From an uncultured Chloroflexia bacterium (GTDB taxonomy: Bacteria; Chloroflexota; Dehalococcoidia; UBA2979): a stretch of 64,000 nucleotides of DNA. The first letter of the stretch is position 1, and each line of letters opens with the position of its first letter. Position numbers and translations under genes: made by a program. The DNA lies in the NCBI GenBank assembly GCA_963728205.1, contig CAVSIV010000002.1, forward strand, positions 544,001 to 608,000, read 5' to 3'. The notes under the pieces were generated by a model. It had not been told where the DNA came from. It ran no database searches and saw only the letters and a program-made list of their open reading frames with translations. Shown here one piece after another: positions 51,668 to 61,348 of the stretch.

Positions 51668-54124
51668 ATGCTCGTGTCACTGAAATGGCTGCGCGACTAC
51701 GTGGACCTGCCCGCCGACCTCGACGTCGACGTGCTGGCGCATCGCCTCACCGAGGCGTCGTCCGAGGTCGAGGGCATCCGCCGCGTCGGGGGCGACTGGG
51801 ATCGCGACCTGGTCACCGTGGGCGAGGTGCTGAGCGTGGAGCCGCACCCTGATGCCGACCGCCTCCGCCTGGCCACCGTGAACTACGGCGGCCCCGCGCC
51901 GCAGCGCGTCGTGTGCGGCGCGCCGAACGTCGCGGCTGGGCAGCGCATCGCCTTCGCGCGCGCCGGAGCCGAGCTCTTCGACGGCCACACCGGCAAGCCC
52001 TCGCGGTTGAAGCCCGCGACGATCCGCGGCATCGAGTCCTCCGGCATGGTGCTGTCGGAGCGCGAGCTCGGGCTCTCCGAGCAGCACGAGGGCATCCTCG
52101 TGCTGCCGCCCGACGCCGCGATCGGCACGCCGCTCGCCGACTACCTCGGCGACGTCGTGATCGACGTGCACACGTGGCCCAACCGCGCCGACACGACGAG
52201 CATGGTCGGCATCGCACGCGAGGTCGCGGCCATCGTCGGCGGGACGCTCCGCGTGCCCGACGAGTCGTACGCGGCGGAGGGTCCGCCGGCGGCCGACGCG
52301 GTCGCCGTGGAGATCGAGGACGCCGCGCTCTGCGCGCGCTACGTCGCGACCGTGATCGAGGGCGTGGCCGTCGGCCCCTCGCCGGCGTGGATGCAGGACC
52401 GCTTGCGCGCCGCGGGCATGCGCCCGATCAACAACGTCGTGGACATCACCAACTACGTCATGCTCGAGCAGGGCCAGCCGCTGCACGCCTTCGATCTCGA
52501 CCGCGTGCGCGGCACGGTGGTGGTGCGCACGGCGCGCGACGGCGAACGGCTCACGACGCTCGACAGCCAGGAGCGCGCGCTGACGCCCGACACGCTCCTC
52601 ATCACCGACCGCGACGCTTCCGGCGCGAGCCGGCCGATCGCGCTCGCCGGCGTGATGGGCGGCGAGGCGACCGAGGTCACGCCGTCGACGACGCGCATCC
52701 TGCTCGAGGCCGCGCGCTTCGACCCGACGAGCATTCGCCGCGCATCGACGCGGCTCGGCCTGCGCTCCGAGGCGTCGGCGCGCTTCGAGCGCAGCCTCTC
52801 GCCGGAGCTCGCGATCCACGCGGCGCGGCGCGCGACGAAGCTCTTCGTCGAGCTCTGCGGCGGCACCGCGCGCGCCGGCGTTGTCGACGTCTACCCGGCG
52901 CCGCTCGAGCGCCCGACCGTCACGCTGGCGCGCGCGCGGCTCGACACGCTGCTGGGCATGCACGTCGCCACGCCGCAGGTGGTTGCGATCCTCGAGGCGC
53001 TCGGGTTCGCGGTCCCGGAATCCGACGGCGAGCGCGCCGAGGGCCGCTTCGTCGTGCGCCCGCCGTGGTGGCGGACCGACGTCGCGATCGCCGACGACGT
53101 CGCGGAGGAGGTGCTGCGGCTCGCCGGCTACGAGGGCCTGCCCGGCACGACGATCCGCGGCCGCATCCCGGCGTGGGAACCGCGGCCGCTGCCGGCACTG
53201 CGCGACCGCGTGCGGGAGGCGCTCGCTCGGGCCGGCGCGCAGGAGGTGATCACCTATGCGCTGACGACCGTCGAGGTGCTGTCGCGCGTCATGGCGCCCG
53301 AGGACCTCGCGGTGATCCGCCCGCTGCGCCTGCGCAACACCCTTTCGTCCGACCGCCAGGTGCTGCGACCGACGCTGCGCCACGCGCTGCTCGAGGTCGC
53401 CGAGCGCAACATCCGCGCCGGCGCGAACGAAATCGTCGTCTACGAGGCCGCGCGCGCGTATCTCCCGCGCCGCGGCGACGATCCGGGGGCGCCGCTCCCC
53501 GACGAGCACGAGCTGATTGTCGGGGCGGTCAGCGGCGTCGAGACCGACCGCTGGGGACGCGCCACGGCGCGCCGCCTCGACTTCTTCGACGCGAAGGGCG
53601 TCGTCGAGGCGGTCGCCCACGAGCTCGGGGTGCCGCTCGAGTACGTCCCCGACCGCGAGTACGCGATGATGCCCGGCCGCACCGCACGCCTGCGCGCGGG
53701 CGGCGAGGAGGTCGGTCTGCTCGCCGAGGTGCACCCGCAGACGCTGGAGCAGTTCGAGATCGGGCAGCCGGTCGTGCTCTTCGAGCTCGACCTCGCGCGC
53801 CTGCTGCCGCACGTGCCGGCGCGCGTGGAGACGACGCCGGTGTCGCGGTTCCCCGCGGTCGAGCAGGACCTCGCGGTCGTGGTCGACGCAGACGTCGCGG
53901 CGGGCGCAATCCAGGCGGTGATCGAAGGGTCACCGCTCGTGGCCGATGCGCGGCCGTTCGACGTCTATCGGGGCGACCAGCTTCCGGCCGGGAAGAAGTC
54001 GCTCGCGTTTGCGATTCGCTACCAGGCGCCGGACCGCACGCTCACGACCGACGACGCCAACCGCGAGCAGGCGAAGATCCTGAAGCGCCTCGAGCGCCAG
54101 TTCGCCGCGGTCCAGCGCGCCTAG
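51668..54124 (+). CDS. pheT: Phenylalanine-tRNA ligase beta subunit
   Basis: VSLKWL.DY, HPDADRL, VCGAPN, NNVVDITNYVMLE.GQPLHAFD, FDVYRG, KKSLA. Confidence 0.97.
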   Translation: MLVSLKWLRDYVDLPADLDVDVLAHRLTEASSEVEGIRRVGGDWDRDLVTVGEVLSVEPHPDADRLRLATVNYGGPAPQRVVCGAPNVAAGQRIAFARAGAELFDGHTGKPSRLKPATIRGIESSGMVLSERELGLSEQHEGILVLPPDAAIGTPLADYLGDVVIDVHTWPNRADTTSMVGIAREVAAIVGGTLRVPDESYAAEGPPAADAVAVEIEDAALCARYVATVIEGVAVGPSPAWMQDRLRAAGMRPINNVVDITNYVMLEQGQPLHAFDLDRVRGTVVVRTARDGERLTTLDSQERALTPDTLLITDRDASGASRPIALAGVMGGEATEVTPSTTRILLEAARFDPTSIRRASTRLGLRSEASARFERSLSPELAIHAARRATKLFVELCGGTARAGVVDVYPAPLERPTVTLARARLDTLLGMHVATPQVVAILEALGFAVPESDGERAEGRFVVRPPWWRTDVAIADDVAEEVLRLAGYEGLPGTTIRGRIPAWEPRPLPALRDRVREALARAGAQEVITYALTTVEVLSRVMAPEDLAVIRPLRLRNTLSSDRQVLRPTLRHALLEVAERNIRAGANEIVVYEAARAYLPRRGDDPGAPLPDEHELIVGAVSGVETDRWGRATARRLDFFDAKGVVEAVAHELGVPLEYVPDREYAMMPGRTARLRAGGEEVGLLAEVHPQTLEQFEIGQPVVLFELDLARLLPHVPARVETTPVSRFPAVEQDLAVVVDADVAAGAIQAVIEGSPLVADARPFDVYRGDQLPAGKKSLAFAIRYQAPDRTLTTDDANREQAKILKRLERQFAAVQRA

Positions 54125-54127
54125 CCG

Positions 54128-56347
54128 TCAGCGACCACCGGCAAGGATTGGTGCCTCGTCGTCGACCGCGCTCGGCCCCTCGATCTGCAGGCGTGGGAGC
54201 AGGCGGTCGAGCCAGCGCGGCATCCACCAGTTCGCGTCGCCCAGCAGCGCCATCACCGACGGCACCAGCACGATGCGCACAATCGTCGCGTCGACGAGGA
54301 TCGCCGTCCCGAGCCCGACGCCGAACTCCTTGATCACGCGGCTATCCCCGAAGGCGAAGCTGAGGAACACCGCGACCATGATCGACGCCGCGGCCGTAAT
54401 CACGCGCGCGGTCTGACTCAGGCCGCGGGTCACGGCCTCGCGGTTGGTCCTCCCGTGCACGTACTCCTCGCGGATGCGGGAGAGCAGGAAGACCTCGTAG
54501 TCCATCGAGAGGCCGAAGAGGATGGCGAACAACATCATCGGCAGGAACGACTCGATCGGTCCCGGTCGCCCGGTGTGCAGGAGCGGCCCGAGCCAGCCCC
54601 ACTGGAAGATCGCCACCACCACGCCGTACGCAGCGCCGATCGAGAGCAGGTTCATCACCGCGGCCTTCAGCGGCACCGCGATCGAGCGGAAGACGACCAT
54701 CAGCAGCACGCAGCTGAGCCCGATCACGAGCGCGAAGAAATAGGGCAGGCGCGCGCTGATCAGCGTGCCGATGTCCTCGAAGGCGGCGGTGATGCCGCCG
54801 ACGTAGACCTGCACGGCGGTGCCGCGCGTCGCCTGCGGGATCACCCGGTCGCGCAGCACGTGCGTGAGCGCTGAGGTGGCGGCGTCCTGCGGCGCGCTCT
54901 TCGGGAACACTGTGATGATCGCCGCGTCGCCCGCCGCGTTCAGCCGCGGAGGCGTGACCGCCGCGACGTCGGGCGTGGCGCCGATCGCCTGCACGAGCGA
55001 CGCGAGCGCCGCCTCGCCGGCGCCGGCGGGCAGGTCGACGGCGAGCAGCAGCGGCCCGTTGAAGCCGGGGCCGAAGCCCTGCGACAGTAGGTCGTAGGCG
55101 CGACGCGTGTGCAGCGACGTCGGATCGTTGCCGGCGTCGGCGCTGCCGAGACGCAGCCGCAATGCCGGCATCGCGAGCAGCAGCAGCACCGTGAGCGCGA
55201 CCAGCGCCGCGACCAGCGGCCGGCGCTGGATTCGGTCAGCGGTGCGATACCAGATGCTGCGCGGGTCGGCGCTGTCCGTGGACTGCAACGCCGCGATGCT
55301 CCAGCGGTCGATGCGCGGGCCGACGAGCCCGAGCAGCGCGGGCAGCAGCGTGGTGGCGACGAGCACGCTGGCGAGCACGACGGCACTGCCGGCCAGCCCG
55401 AGCGCGGCGATGAACTTGATGCCGACCACGAACAGCCCGAGCAACGCGATCGCCACGGCGACGCCGGCGAAGATCACGGCGCGGCCGGCGGTGTTCAGTG
55501 CGACTCCCGCGGCGTCGGGTACCGGGGCGCCGCGTCCCACCTCCTCGCGGAAGCGCGTGAGGATGAACAGCGAGTAGTCGATGCCGACGCCGAGCCCGAT
55601 CATCGAGGCGAAGGCCGGTGTGAACTGGCTCATCGGCAACACGCGCGTCAGCAGCCCGATCAGCAGGATGCCCGAGCCGAGGCCGAACAGCGCGGTGACG
55701 ATCGGCATCCCCGCCGCGACGACCGACCCGAACGCCAGCATCAGCACGACCGCGGCGGCGACGAGCCCGATGATCTCGGAGCGGCCGGGCGGCGTCTGCT
55801 CGCCGGCCTGCGCCACCGGCCCGCCCACCTCCACGCGCAGGCCCTGGGCGGGCGCGTTCGCCGCGTCGACCGCGGCGAACAGGGCGTCGATGCTCTCCGG
55901 GGCAACCGTCGACGCGCGCGTGGCGTACTGTGCGGTGGCATAGGCGATCCGGCCGTCCCGGCTCACGAACGCCGCGGGGTTGTCGTACGGGGAGCTGACG
56001 CCGACGACCCCCGGCAGCTTCGCGACGCGCCCGAGCAATGCCTCGACCTGGCTCCGCACGGGGGCGCTCGCGATGCCCTGCGGAGCGTCGAACACGATCG
56101 TCGCGGCATCGCCGGCCTGCTGCGGGAAGCGAGCCTCGAGCAGGTCGCGCGCACTCTGCGACTCGGTGCCGCCGATGCTGAAGTCGTTGGTGTAGCGGCC
56201 GTGCAGCGAGCGGCCGACGACGGCCAGTACGACGAGGAGCAGCAGCCAGGCGCCGATCACGCGCCACGGATGACGGGCCGCGGTCCGGCCCCAGGCGGCG
56301 AGCGCGCCCCGCGAAACGGTGCCGGAAGAGCGAGGACGCTCAGCCAT
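54128..56347 (-). CDS. MMPL family transporter
   Basis: GLGVGIDYSLF..RFREE, GFGPGFNGP, FGLSMDYEVFL.SRIREE, G.ANWW.P.WL. Confidence 0.94.
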   Translation of the reverse strand: MAERPRSSGTVSRGALAAWGRTAARHPWRVIGAWLLLLVVLAVVGRSLHGRYTNDFSIGGTESQSARDLLEARFPQQAGDAATIVFDAPQGIASAPVRSQVEALLGRVAKLPGVVGVSSPYDNPAAFVSRDGRIAYATAQYATRASTVAPESIDALFAAVDAANAPAQGLRVEVGGPVAQAGEQTPPGRSEIIGLVAAAVVLMLAFGSVVAAGMPIVTALFGLGSGILLIGLLTRVLPMSQFTPAFASMIGLGVGIDYSLFILTRFREEVGRGAPVPDAAGVALNTAGRAVIFAGVAVAIALLGLFVVGIKFIAALGLAGSAVVLASVLVATTLLPALLGLVGPRIDRWSIAALQSTDSADPRSIWYRTADRIQRRPLVAALVALTVLLLLAMPALRLRLGSADAGNDPTSLHTRRAYDLLSQGFGPGFNGPLLLAVDLPAGAGEAALASLVQAIGATPDVAAVTPPRLNAAGDAAIITVFPKSAPQDAATSALTHVLRDRVIPQATRGTAVQVYVGGITAAFEDIGTLISARLPYFFALVIGLSCVLLMVVFRSIAVPLKAAVMNLLSIGAAYGVVVAIFQWGWLGPLLHTGRPGPIESFLPMMLFAILFGLSMDYEVFLLSRIREEYVHGRTNREAVTRGLSQTARVITAAASIMVAVFLSFAFGDSRVIKEFGVGLGTAILVDATIVRIVLVPSVMALLGDANWWMPRWLDRLLPRLQIEGPSAVDDEAPILAGGR

Positions 56348-56524
56348 GACAGGACCCCTCAGACGGGCGCCGGACGGTGGACAGCGGATGGGAATTGCGA
56401 GCGCCGTCGAGCGTATCGCGAGCGCTGGCTAGGGACAGCCGGCCGACCTGCGGGGCTGCCCTACAATCGAACGGAGTCGACTCACGCTTCTCGAACGCCG
56501 GGATTCGCGCACACGGGGGCGCTG

Positions 56525-57670
56525 GTGAGCTGGAGCTGGTGGCCGTCGGCCAGCGGCATCGCGTGGGACTGGGCATGGCGGCCCCAGCCCGGCGTCTGGG
56601 CGGTCGTGGCCATACCTGTCCTGATCTACGTCGCCTGGATGCTGCGGGCGGGACCCGGCCGGGCCTCCGCGCGCCAGGCGTCGTTCTTTGCCGCGGGAAC
56701 GTTGGTGCTCTGGGCGAGCCTTGATTGGCCGCTCGGCACGCTCGCCGCCGGCTACCTGCTGAGCGCGCGCGCCGCCCAGTACCTGCTGCTCACGATGGTC
56801 GTCGCGCCGCTGCTCCTCCTGGGCACCCCGCGCGCGCTGGCCGACCGCATCCCGCTGCCGAGGCGCGTCGGGCGCGCGCTCTCGCACCCGGGCCTGACCG
56901 TGCCACTGCTCGGCGTCGTGCTGCTCGTCACGTTCCTGCCCCGGGTGGCGGACGCCGCCGCCGGGCACCCGGGCAGCGCGTTCCTCGTGACCATGGCGTG
57001 GCTCCTGAGCGGCCTGGCGTTCTGGTGGCGGCTCGTCGGCCCGATGCCCGAGGCGCGGCGCCTGCCATACCTCGGCGGGCTGGTCTATCTCTTCCTGCCG
57101 TTCGTCTTCCCGAAGGTGCCGGGCATCATCTTTGCGTTCCACGACCGCCCGCTCTACGCGACGTACGCGGGTGCGCCGGCGGCGCTCGGGCTGTCGCACC
57201 TCGTGGACCAGCAGCTGGCCGGGCTGCTGCTCTGGTTCGTCGGGAGCCTCATGGTGATCGCCGCGCTGGCGGTGTTGTTCTTCCGCTGGTTCGGGGAGGA
57301 CCGGCGGATGGCGCGCCCCGACAGCCTTTCGATCCCCGTCGACCAGCGCGCGGTGCACCTCCTCTTCGAAGTGCCCGGCGCCTGGACCGCGCTGGAGCAC
57401 CTCGTGCGCGTCGTCCGGGCCGCGCTCCCGGAGCCGCACTACGGCGCCGAGCTGCGCTTCGCGTACGAGGAGCACACGGGGAGCGGCGGGGCGACGCGCG
57501 TGCTCCTGGAGCTGCGCGTCGCGCTCGACCCGGACGTGGAGCGCGCGTTTGCCGAGCGCGTGGAAGGCGAGTGGGGCGGGATCATGCGGCGGCTCGCGAC
57601 ACCGCAGCGCGAGCTCGTGACGCGGCGGCTCGGCTTTCGCCTGGTCACTTACGGGTCGCGGGTGGGCTAG
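56525..57670 (+). CDS. CtaG (caa3 oxidase assembly)-like membrane protein with C-terminal extension
   Basis: LDWPL, LLL.MVVAPLLLLG.P, FWW, DQQLAGLLLW; TACAAT at 56462; start approximate. Confidence 0.75.
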   Translation: MSWSWWPSASGIAWDWAWRPQPGVWAVVAIPVLIYVAWMLRAGPGRASARQASFFAAGTLVLWASLDWPLGTLAAGYLLSARAAQYLLLTMVVAPLLLLGTPRALADRIPLPRRVGRALSHPGLTVPLLGVVLLVTFLPRVADAAAGHPGSAFLVTMAWLLSGLAFWWRLVGPMPEARRLPYLGGLVYLFLPFVFPKVPGIIFAFHDRPLYATYAGAPAALGLSHLVDQQLAGLLLWFVGSLMVIAALAVLFFRWFGEDRRMARPDSLSIPVDQRAVHLLFEVPGAWTALEHLVRVVRAALPEPHYGAELRFAYEEHTGSGGATRVLLELRVALDPDVERAFAERVEGEWGGIMRRLATPQRELVTRRLGFRLVTYGSRVG

Positions 57671-57675
57671 CCGAA

Positions 57676-57708
57676 ACACAACACAGCCGCCCGGGTGGGC
57701 GGCTGTGT
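57676..57708 (-). terminator. Rho-independent terminator of infC-rpmI-rplT
   Basis: 12-bp stem acacagccgccc/gggcggctgtgt; T-rich tail on the - strand. Confidence 0.75.
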
Positions 57709-57730
57709 CGAGGTCATGCGGGTTTGGGAA

Positions 57731-58087
57731 TCAGGCAGCAGCGGCCTTCGCCCGGTCAGCGAGCTTGCCGAAGGTCTCAGGCGAGCGCACCGCGAGGTCC
57801 GCGAGCATCTTGCGGTTGATCTCAACGCCGGCCTTGTTCAGGCCGTCGATCAGCCGGCTGTACGACAGGCCATGCAGGCGCGCGGCCGCGTTGATGCGCA
57901 CAATCCAGAGCCGTCGAAAGTCACCCTTGCGATCGCGCCGATGGTCGGTCGCGTACCGCAGCGCGTGCATCATCGACTCGTGCGCGACCTTGTAGTTGGT
58001 CCGGCGCTTGCCGCGGTGCCCCTCGGTCAGCTTCAGCACCTTGCGGTGGCGCTGGTGTGCGGGAACCTGGCTCTGGGCTCGGGGCAT
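57731..58087 (-). CDS. rplT: 50S ribosomal protein L20
   Basis: RK.DFRRLWIVRINAAAR..GLSYS, INRKMLADLAV. Confidence 0.97.
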   Translation of the reverse strand: MPRAQSQVPAHQRHRKVLKLTEGHRGKRRTNYKVAHESMMHALRYATDHRRDRKGDFRRLWIVRINAAARLHGLSYSRLIDGLNKAGVEINRKMLADLAVRSPETFGKLADRAKAAAA

Positions 58088-58132
58088 CGTCGATCCTCGG
58101 TCTCGTGCGGCGGGTTGGTGAGTGCGCGGCGG

Positions 58133-58339
58133 CTAGCGGGCCGCGTCCGTGTACGGCAGGTTCTTCCCGATCGTCTTCGCCAGCGAGGCGTCGACCGGGT
58201 GGCGACGGCGGATCAGCTGGAGCTTCTTCTCATGGCTTCGCTTGTTCCGCTTCGGGTTCATCCAGCGCACCATGAGCTTGCCGGAGCCGGTCACCTTGAC
58301 CCGCTTCGCGGTGCCCTTGTGGGTCTTCATCTTGGGCAT
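58133..58339 (-). CDS. rpmI: 50S ribosomal protein L35 (divergent central part)
   Basis: MPKMKTHKGTAKRVKVTGSGK...LPY; located between infC and rplT. Confidence 0.93.
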   Translation of the reverse strand: MPKMKTHKGTAKRVKVTGSGKLMVRWMNPKRNKRSHEKKLQLIRRRHPVDASLAKTIGKNLPYTDAAR

Positions 58340-58342
58340 CGA

Positions 58343-58939
58343 CTAGTCGCCTTCCGCGGCGGCCGGGGCAGGCTCCCGGGCCGACTCGGCCTCTCGCTCC
58401 TTGGACTGCGCGCTCGCGGCGCTCGACCGAGCCTTCTTGGTCGGGTCGAGCGTCATGGTCATGAATCGACCTTCGAGCTGCGGTGCACGCTCCTGGTCCG
58501 CGACGTCCTTGAGCGGCTCGTAGAACTTGTCGAGCAGCTCCCGGGCGACCTCCGGGTGCGTGATCTCGCGCGCTCGGAACATGACGGAGACCTTGACCTT
58601 GTCCCCGTCGAGCAGCAGCTTGCGAGCCGTCCGGATCTTGAATTCACGGTCGTGCGTGTCGATCTTGACCCGCATCCGCACTTCACGCAACTCGGTCTGC
58701 TTCGACCCGCGGCGCGACTCCCGCTCCCGCTTCGCCTGCTGATACTTGAACTTCCCGTAGTCCATGATCTTGCAGACGGGCGGATCGGCGTTCGGCGCAA
58801 TCTCGACGAGGTCCTGGCTGGCCTCCTCTGCGAGCTGGCGCGCCTCTGCGATGGGAACGATGCCGAGTTGCTCGTCCCCGCGAATCAGGCGGACCCGCGG
58901 CGCGTAGATGCGCTCATTGATGCGCAGTTCCTTGGCGAT
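58343..58939 (-). CDS. infC: Translation initiation factor IF-3 (probable ATC start)
   Basis: INERI, DLVEIAP.A.PPVCKIMDYGKFKY, GDKVKV..MFR.RE; ATC at 58939 after GGAAGG. Confidence 0.96.
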   Translation of the reverse strand: MAKELRINERIYAPRVRLIRGDEQLGIVPIAEARQLAEEASQDLVEIAPNADPPVCKIMDYGKFKYQQAKRERESRRGSKQTELREVRMRVKIDTHDREFKIRTARKLLLDGDKVKVSVMFRAREITHPEVARELLDKFYEPLKDVADQERAPQLEGRFMTMTLDPTKKARSSAASAQSKEREAESAREPAPAAAEGD

Positions 58940-59044
58940 AGAACGAACCCTTCCAACTCCCGCCGCGCCCGCGCCCGACGGCGCGAGTACTCGCGACTGA
59001 CAACCATGCGACGCTCGCCCACTCGGGGGCGGCGCCACCTCGAA

Positions 59045-59053
59045 ATCTTAGCA
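59045..59053 (-). promoter_or_regulatory. Extended -10 promoter (TGCTAAGAT) for the infC operon
   Basis: atcttagca on + strand, about 100 nt upstream of the infC start. Confidence 0.55.
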
Positions 59054-59129
59054 TTCCGGTCGGAGCCCGGTCACAACGCGTGTCGGTCAATCACCCCGCA
59101 ACATGGCGGGGCACCCCCCGCCAATTCGC

Positions 59130-59645
59130 CTATTCGTCCACGTCGTACTCGACGACGAGGTCGCCCTTCTCCACGCGACCGCCCTTGGCGCAGTGCACCG
59201 CGGTGATCGTGCCGCCGTGGCGCGCCTGGACCTCGTTCTGCATCTTCATCGCCTCGATCACGACGAGGCTCTGGCCCGCGGCGATCGTCATGCCGACCTC
59301 GACCCGCACGTCGACGACGACGCCGGCGAGCGGCGCTGAGACGCGTCCCGGCGGGTCCGCCGCGCCGCCAACTGCCCCGCGCTGCCGCCCACCGGCGGTC
59401 GCGGAGCCGATCTCGAACGGGCGGCCGTCGACGATCACGCGGTAGCCCCCGGCGAGTCGCGAGACGTAGGCGTGGCTGGGCCGCTCGCCGACGATCATCG
59501 AGATCAGCCCGGGCACGCCCGACGCCGTCGCGTCGACGAGCACGGGCTCGTCGTCGTCGATCTGCACGCTCAACCGGCCGTCGACTTCGTCGACGAGCAC
59601 GTTGTGCGCGACGCCGTCTAGCTGGAAACGATGCCGCGACGCCAT
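59130..59645 (-). CDS. Biotin carboxyl carrier protein
   Basis: APLAGVV...IEAMKMQNE biotinylation motif. Confidence 0.92.
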   Translation of the reverse strand: MASRHRFQLDGVAHNVLVDEVDGRLSVQIDDDEPVLVDATASGVPGLISMIVGERPSHAYVSRLAGGYRVIVDGRPFEIGSATAGGRQRGAVGGAADPPGRVSAPLAGVVVDVRVEVGMTIAAGQSLVVIEAMKMQNEVQARHGGTITAVHCAKGGRVEKGDLVVEYDVDE

Positions 59646-61171
59646 CCGCGCACGCCTCCCCCCTCGACACGCATGCCGACCGCCCGGGACCGCGCCGCGC
59701 GCTGCCACCGGCTCGCCGTGCTCACCGGGCCGCTCGCGACGGTCGGCGCGGCCTTCACGAGGCTCGCCGCGATGCCGGCCGCCATCAGCGCGGTCCGACT
59801 GCGCGGATCGTCCTGCGGCAATGCCGGCATCTGGAACTGTGCCTCCATCCAACCCGTGCTGAAGTCGCCCGACCGGAAGTCCGGGTGGTCCATCAGCGCG
59901 AGGTGGAACGGCTGGTTCGTCAGCACGCCCACGACGATGAGATCCACGAGAGCGCGCTTCATGCGCAGCACCGCAAGCTCACGCGTCTCGGCCCAGACGA
60001 TGAGCTTCCCGAGCAGCGAGTCGTAGTACACGGGCACGTCGAGACCGTCGAACAGCATCGTGTCGAAGCGCACGCCGGGGCCCATCGGCCACTGCACGAA
60101 CTCGACGAGGCCGACCGACGGCACGAAGTTGTTGTACGCATCCTCGCCGTTGATGCGGCACTCGATCGCCCAGCCGCGCGGCTCGAGCGGACCGGTCTGC
60201 TCCGGAATGCGCTCGCCGGCCGCCACCGCGATCTGCATCGCGACGAGGTCGACGCCGTAGACGAGCTCGGTGACCGGGTGCTCGACCTGGAGCCGCGCGT
60301 TGACCTCGAGAAAGTAGAAGTTGTCGTTGCGATCCACGAGGAACTCGACGGTGCCGGCGTTGCGGTACCCACAGCTGCGTGCCGCCGCGATGGCCGCGTC
60401 GCACAGCCGCTCGCGCAGGGCCGGCGACACCGCGATCGAGGGCGCCTCTTCGAGCAGCTTCTGGTTGCGGCGCTGGATCGAGCACTCGCGCTCGCCGAAG
60501 GCGCGCACGGTACCGTGCGCGTCGGCCATCACCTGGACCTCGATATGGCGCGCGGGCGAGACGTACTTCTCCAGGAAGATCGTCGCGTCGCCGAAGGCGG
60601 AGGCCGCCTCGGCGCCGGACGCCCGCATCGCACCCTCGAGGTCGGCGGTGGACTGCACGAGGCGGATGCCACGGCCGCCGCCACCGGCGGCCGCCTTGAC
60701 CAGCAAGGGGAAGCCGATGCGCTCCGCCTCGCGGCGCGCGGTCGCGAGGTCGCCGGCGTCGATGTCGTTGGCGCCGGGGACGACCGGTACGCCGGCCTCC
60801 TCCATGAGGCGGCGCGCGGACACCTTGTCGCCCATCGCGCGCATGGCAGATGCGGGCGGGCCGATGAAGGTGATGCCGGCCGCGTCGGCGGCATCGGCGA
60901 AGCGCGCGTTCTCGGAGAGGAAGCCGTAGCCGGGGTGGATGGCCTCGGCGCCCGTTTGCTTCGCGGCGTCGATGATCTTCTCGATCACGAGGTACGACTC
61001 GAGCGCCGGGCCTGGCCCGATGCAGACGGCCGCATCGGCGTTCCGCACGTGCATCGCGTTGCGATCCGGTTCGGAGTAGACCGCGACGGTCTCGATGCCC
61101 AGTTCGCGGCAGGTGCGCTGCACGCGCAGCGCGATTTCCCCGCGGTTCGCAATCAGGATGCGCTTGAACAT
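59618..61171 (-). CDS. accC: Biotin carboxylase subunit (acetyl/propionyl-CoA carboxylase type)
   Basis: ILIANRGEIA, HPGYGFLSEN, GGGGRG, CSIQRRNQK, LEVNARLQVEHPVTE, YDSLLGKL. Confidence 0.94.
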   Translation of the reverse strand: MFKRILIANRGEIALRVQRTCRELGIETVAVYSEPDRNAMHVRNADAAVCIGPGPALESYLVIEKIIDAAKQTGAEAIHPGYGFLSENARFADAADAAGITFIGPPASAMRAMGDKVSARRLMEEAGVPVVPGANDIDAGDLATARREAERIGFPLLVKAAAGGGGRGIRLVQSTADLEGAMRASGAEAASAFGDATIFLEKYVSPARHIEVQVMADAHGTVRAFGERECSIQRRNQKLLEEAPSIAVSPALRERLCDAAIAAARSCGYRNAGTVEFLVDRNDNFYFLEVNARLQVEHPVTELVYGVDLVAMQIAVAAGERIPEQTGPLEPRGWAIECRINGEDAYNNFVPSVGLVEFVQWPMGPGVRFDTMLFDGLDVPVYYDSLLGKLIVWAETRELAVLRMKRALVDLIVVGVLTNQPFHLALMDHPDFRSGDFSTGWMEAQFQMPALPQDDPRSRTALMAAGIAASLVKAAPTVASGPVSTASRWQRAARSRAVGMRVEGGGVRGWRRGIVSS

Positions 61172-61348
61172 GCCCGCGTCACCTAGTTCCCGACGACCCT
61201 GCGTCCGACCGCGCGTAAGCCTGACACGAGCCGCAGACACCGGCAAGGGTGACGTCCGCCGACGGAAGGGGCGAAGGGGCGGCGGCCGACGGACGCGAGC
61301 GCGCGGCTGCACGCGCGCCCACCGGCGCCGGCGAACGGCCGTCCCCGC

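Noticed and set aside
51379-51669. 96-aa minus-strand ORF in the pheS-pheT gap
   Set aside because: Overlaps both flanking gene ends, has atypical codon use and no recognisable motif.
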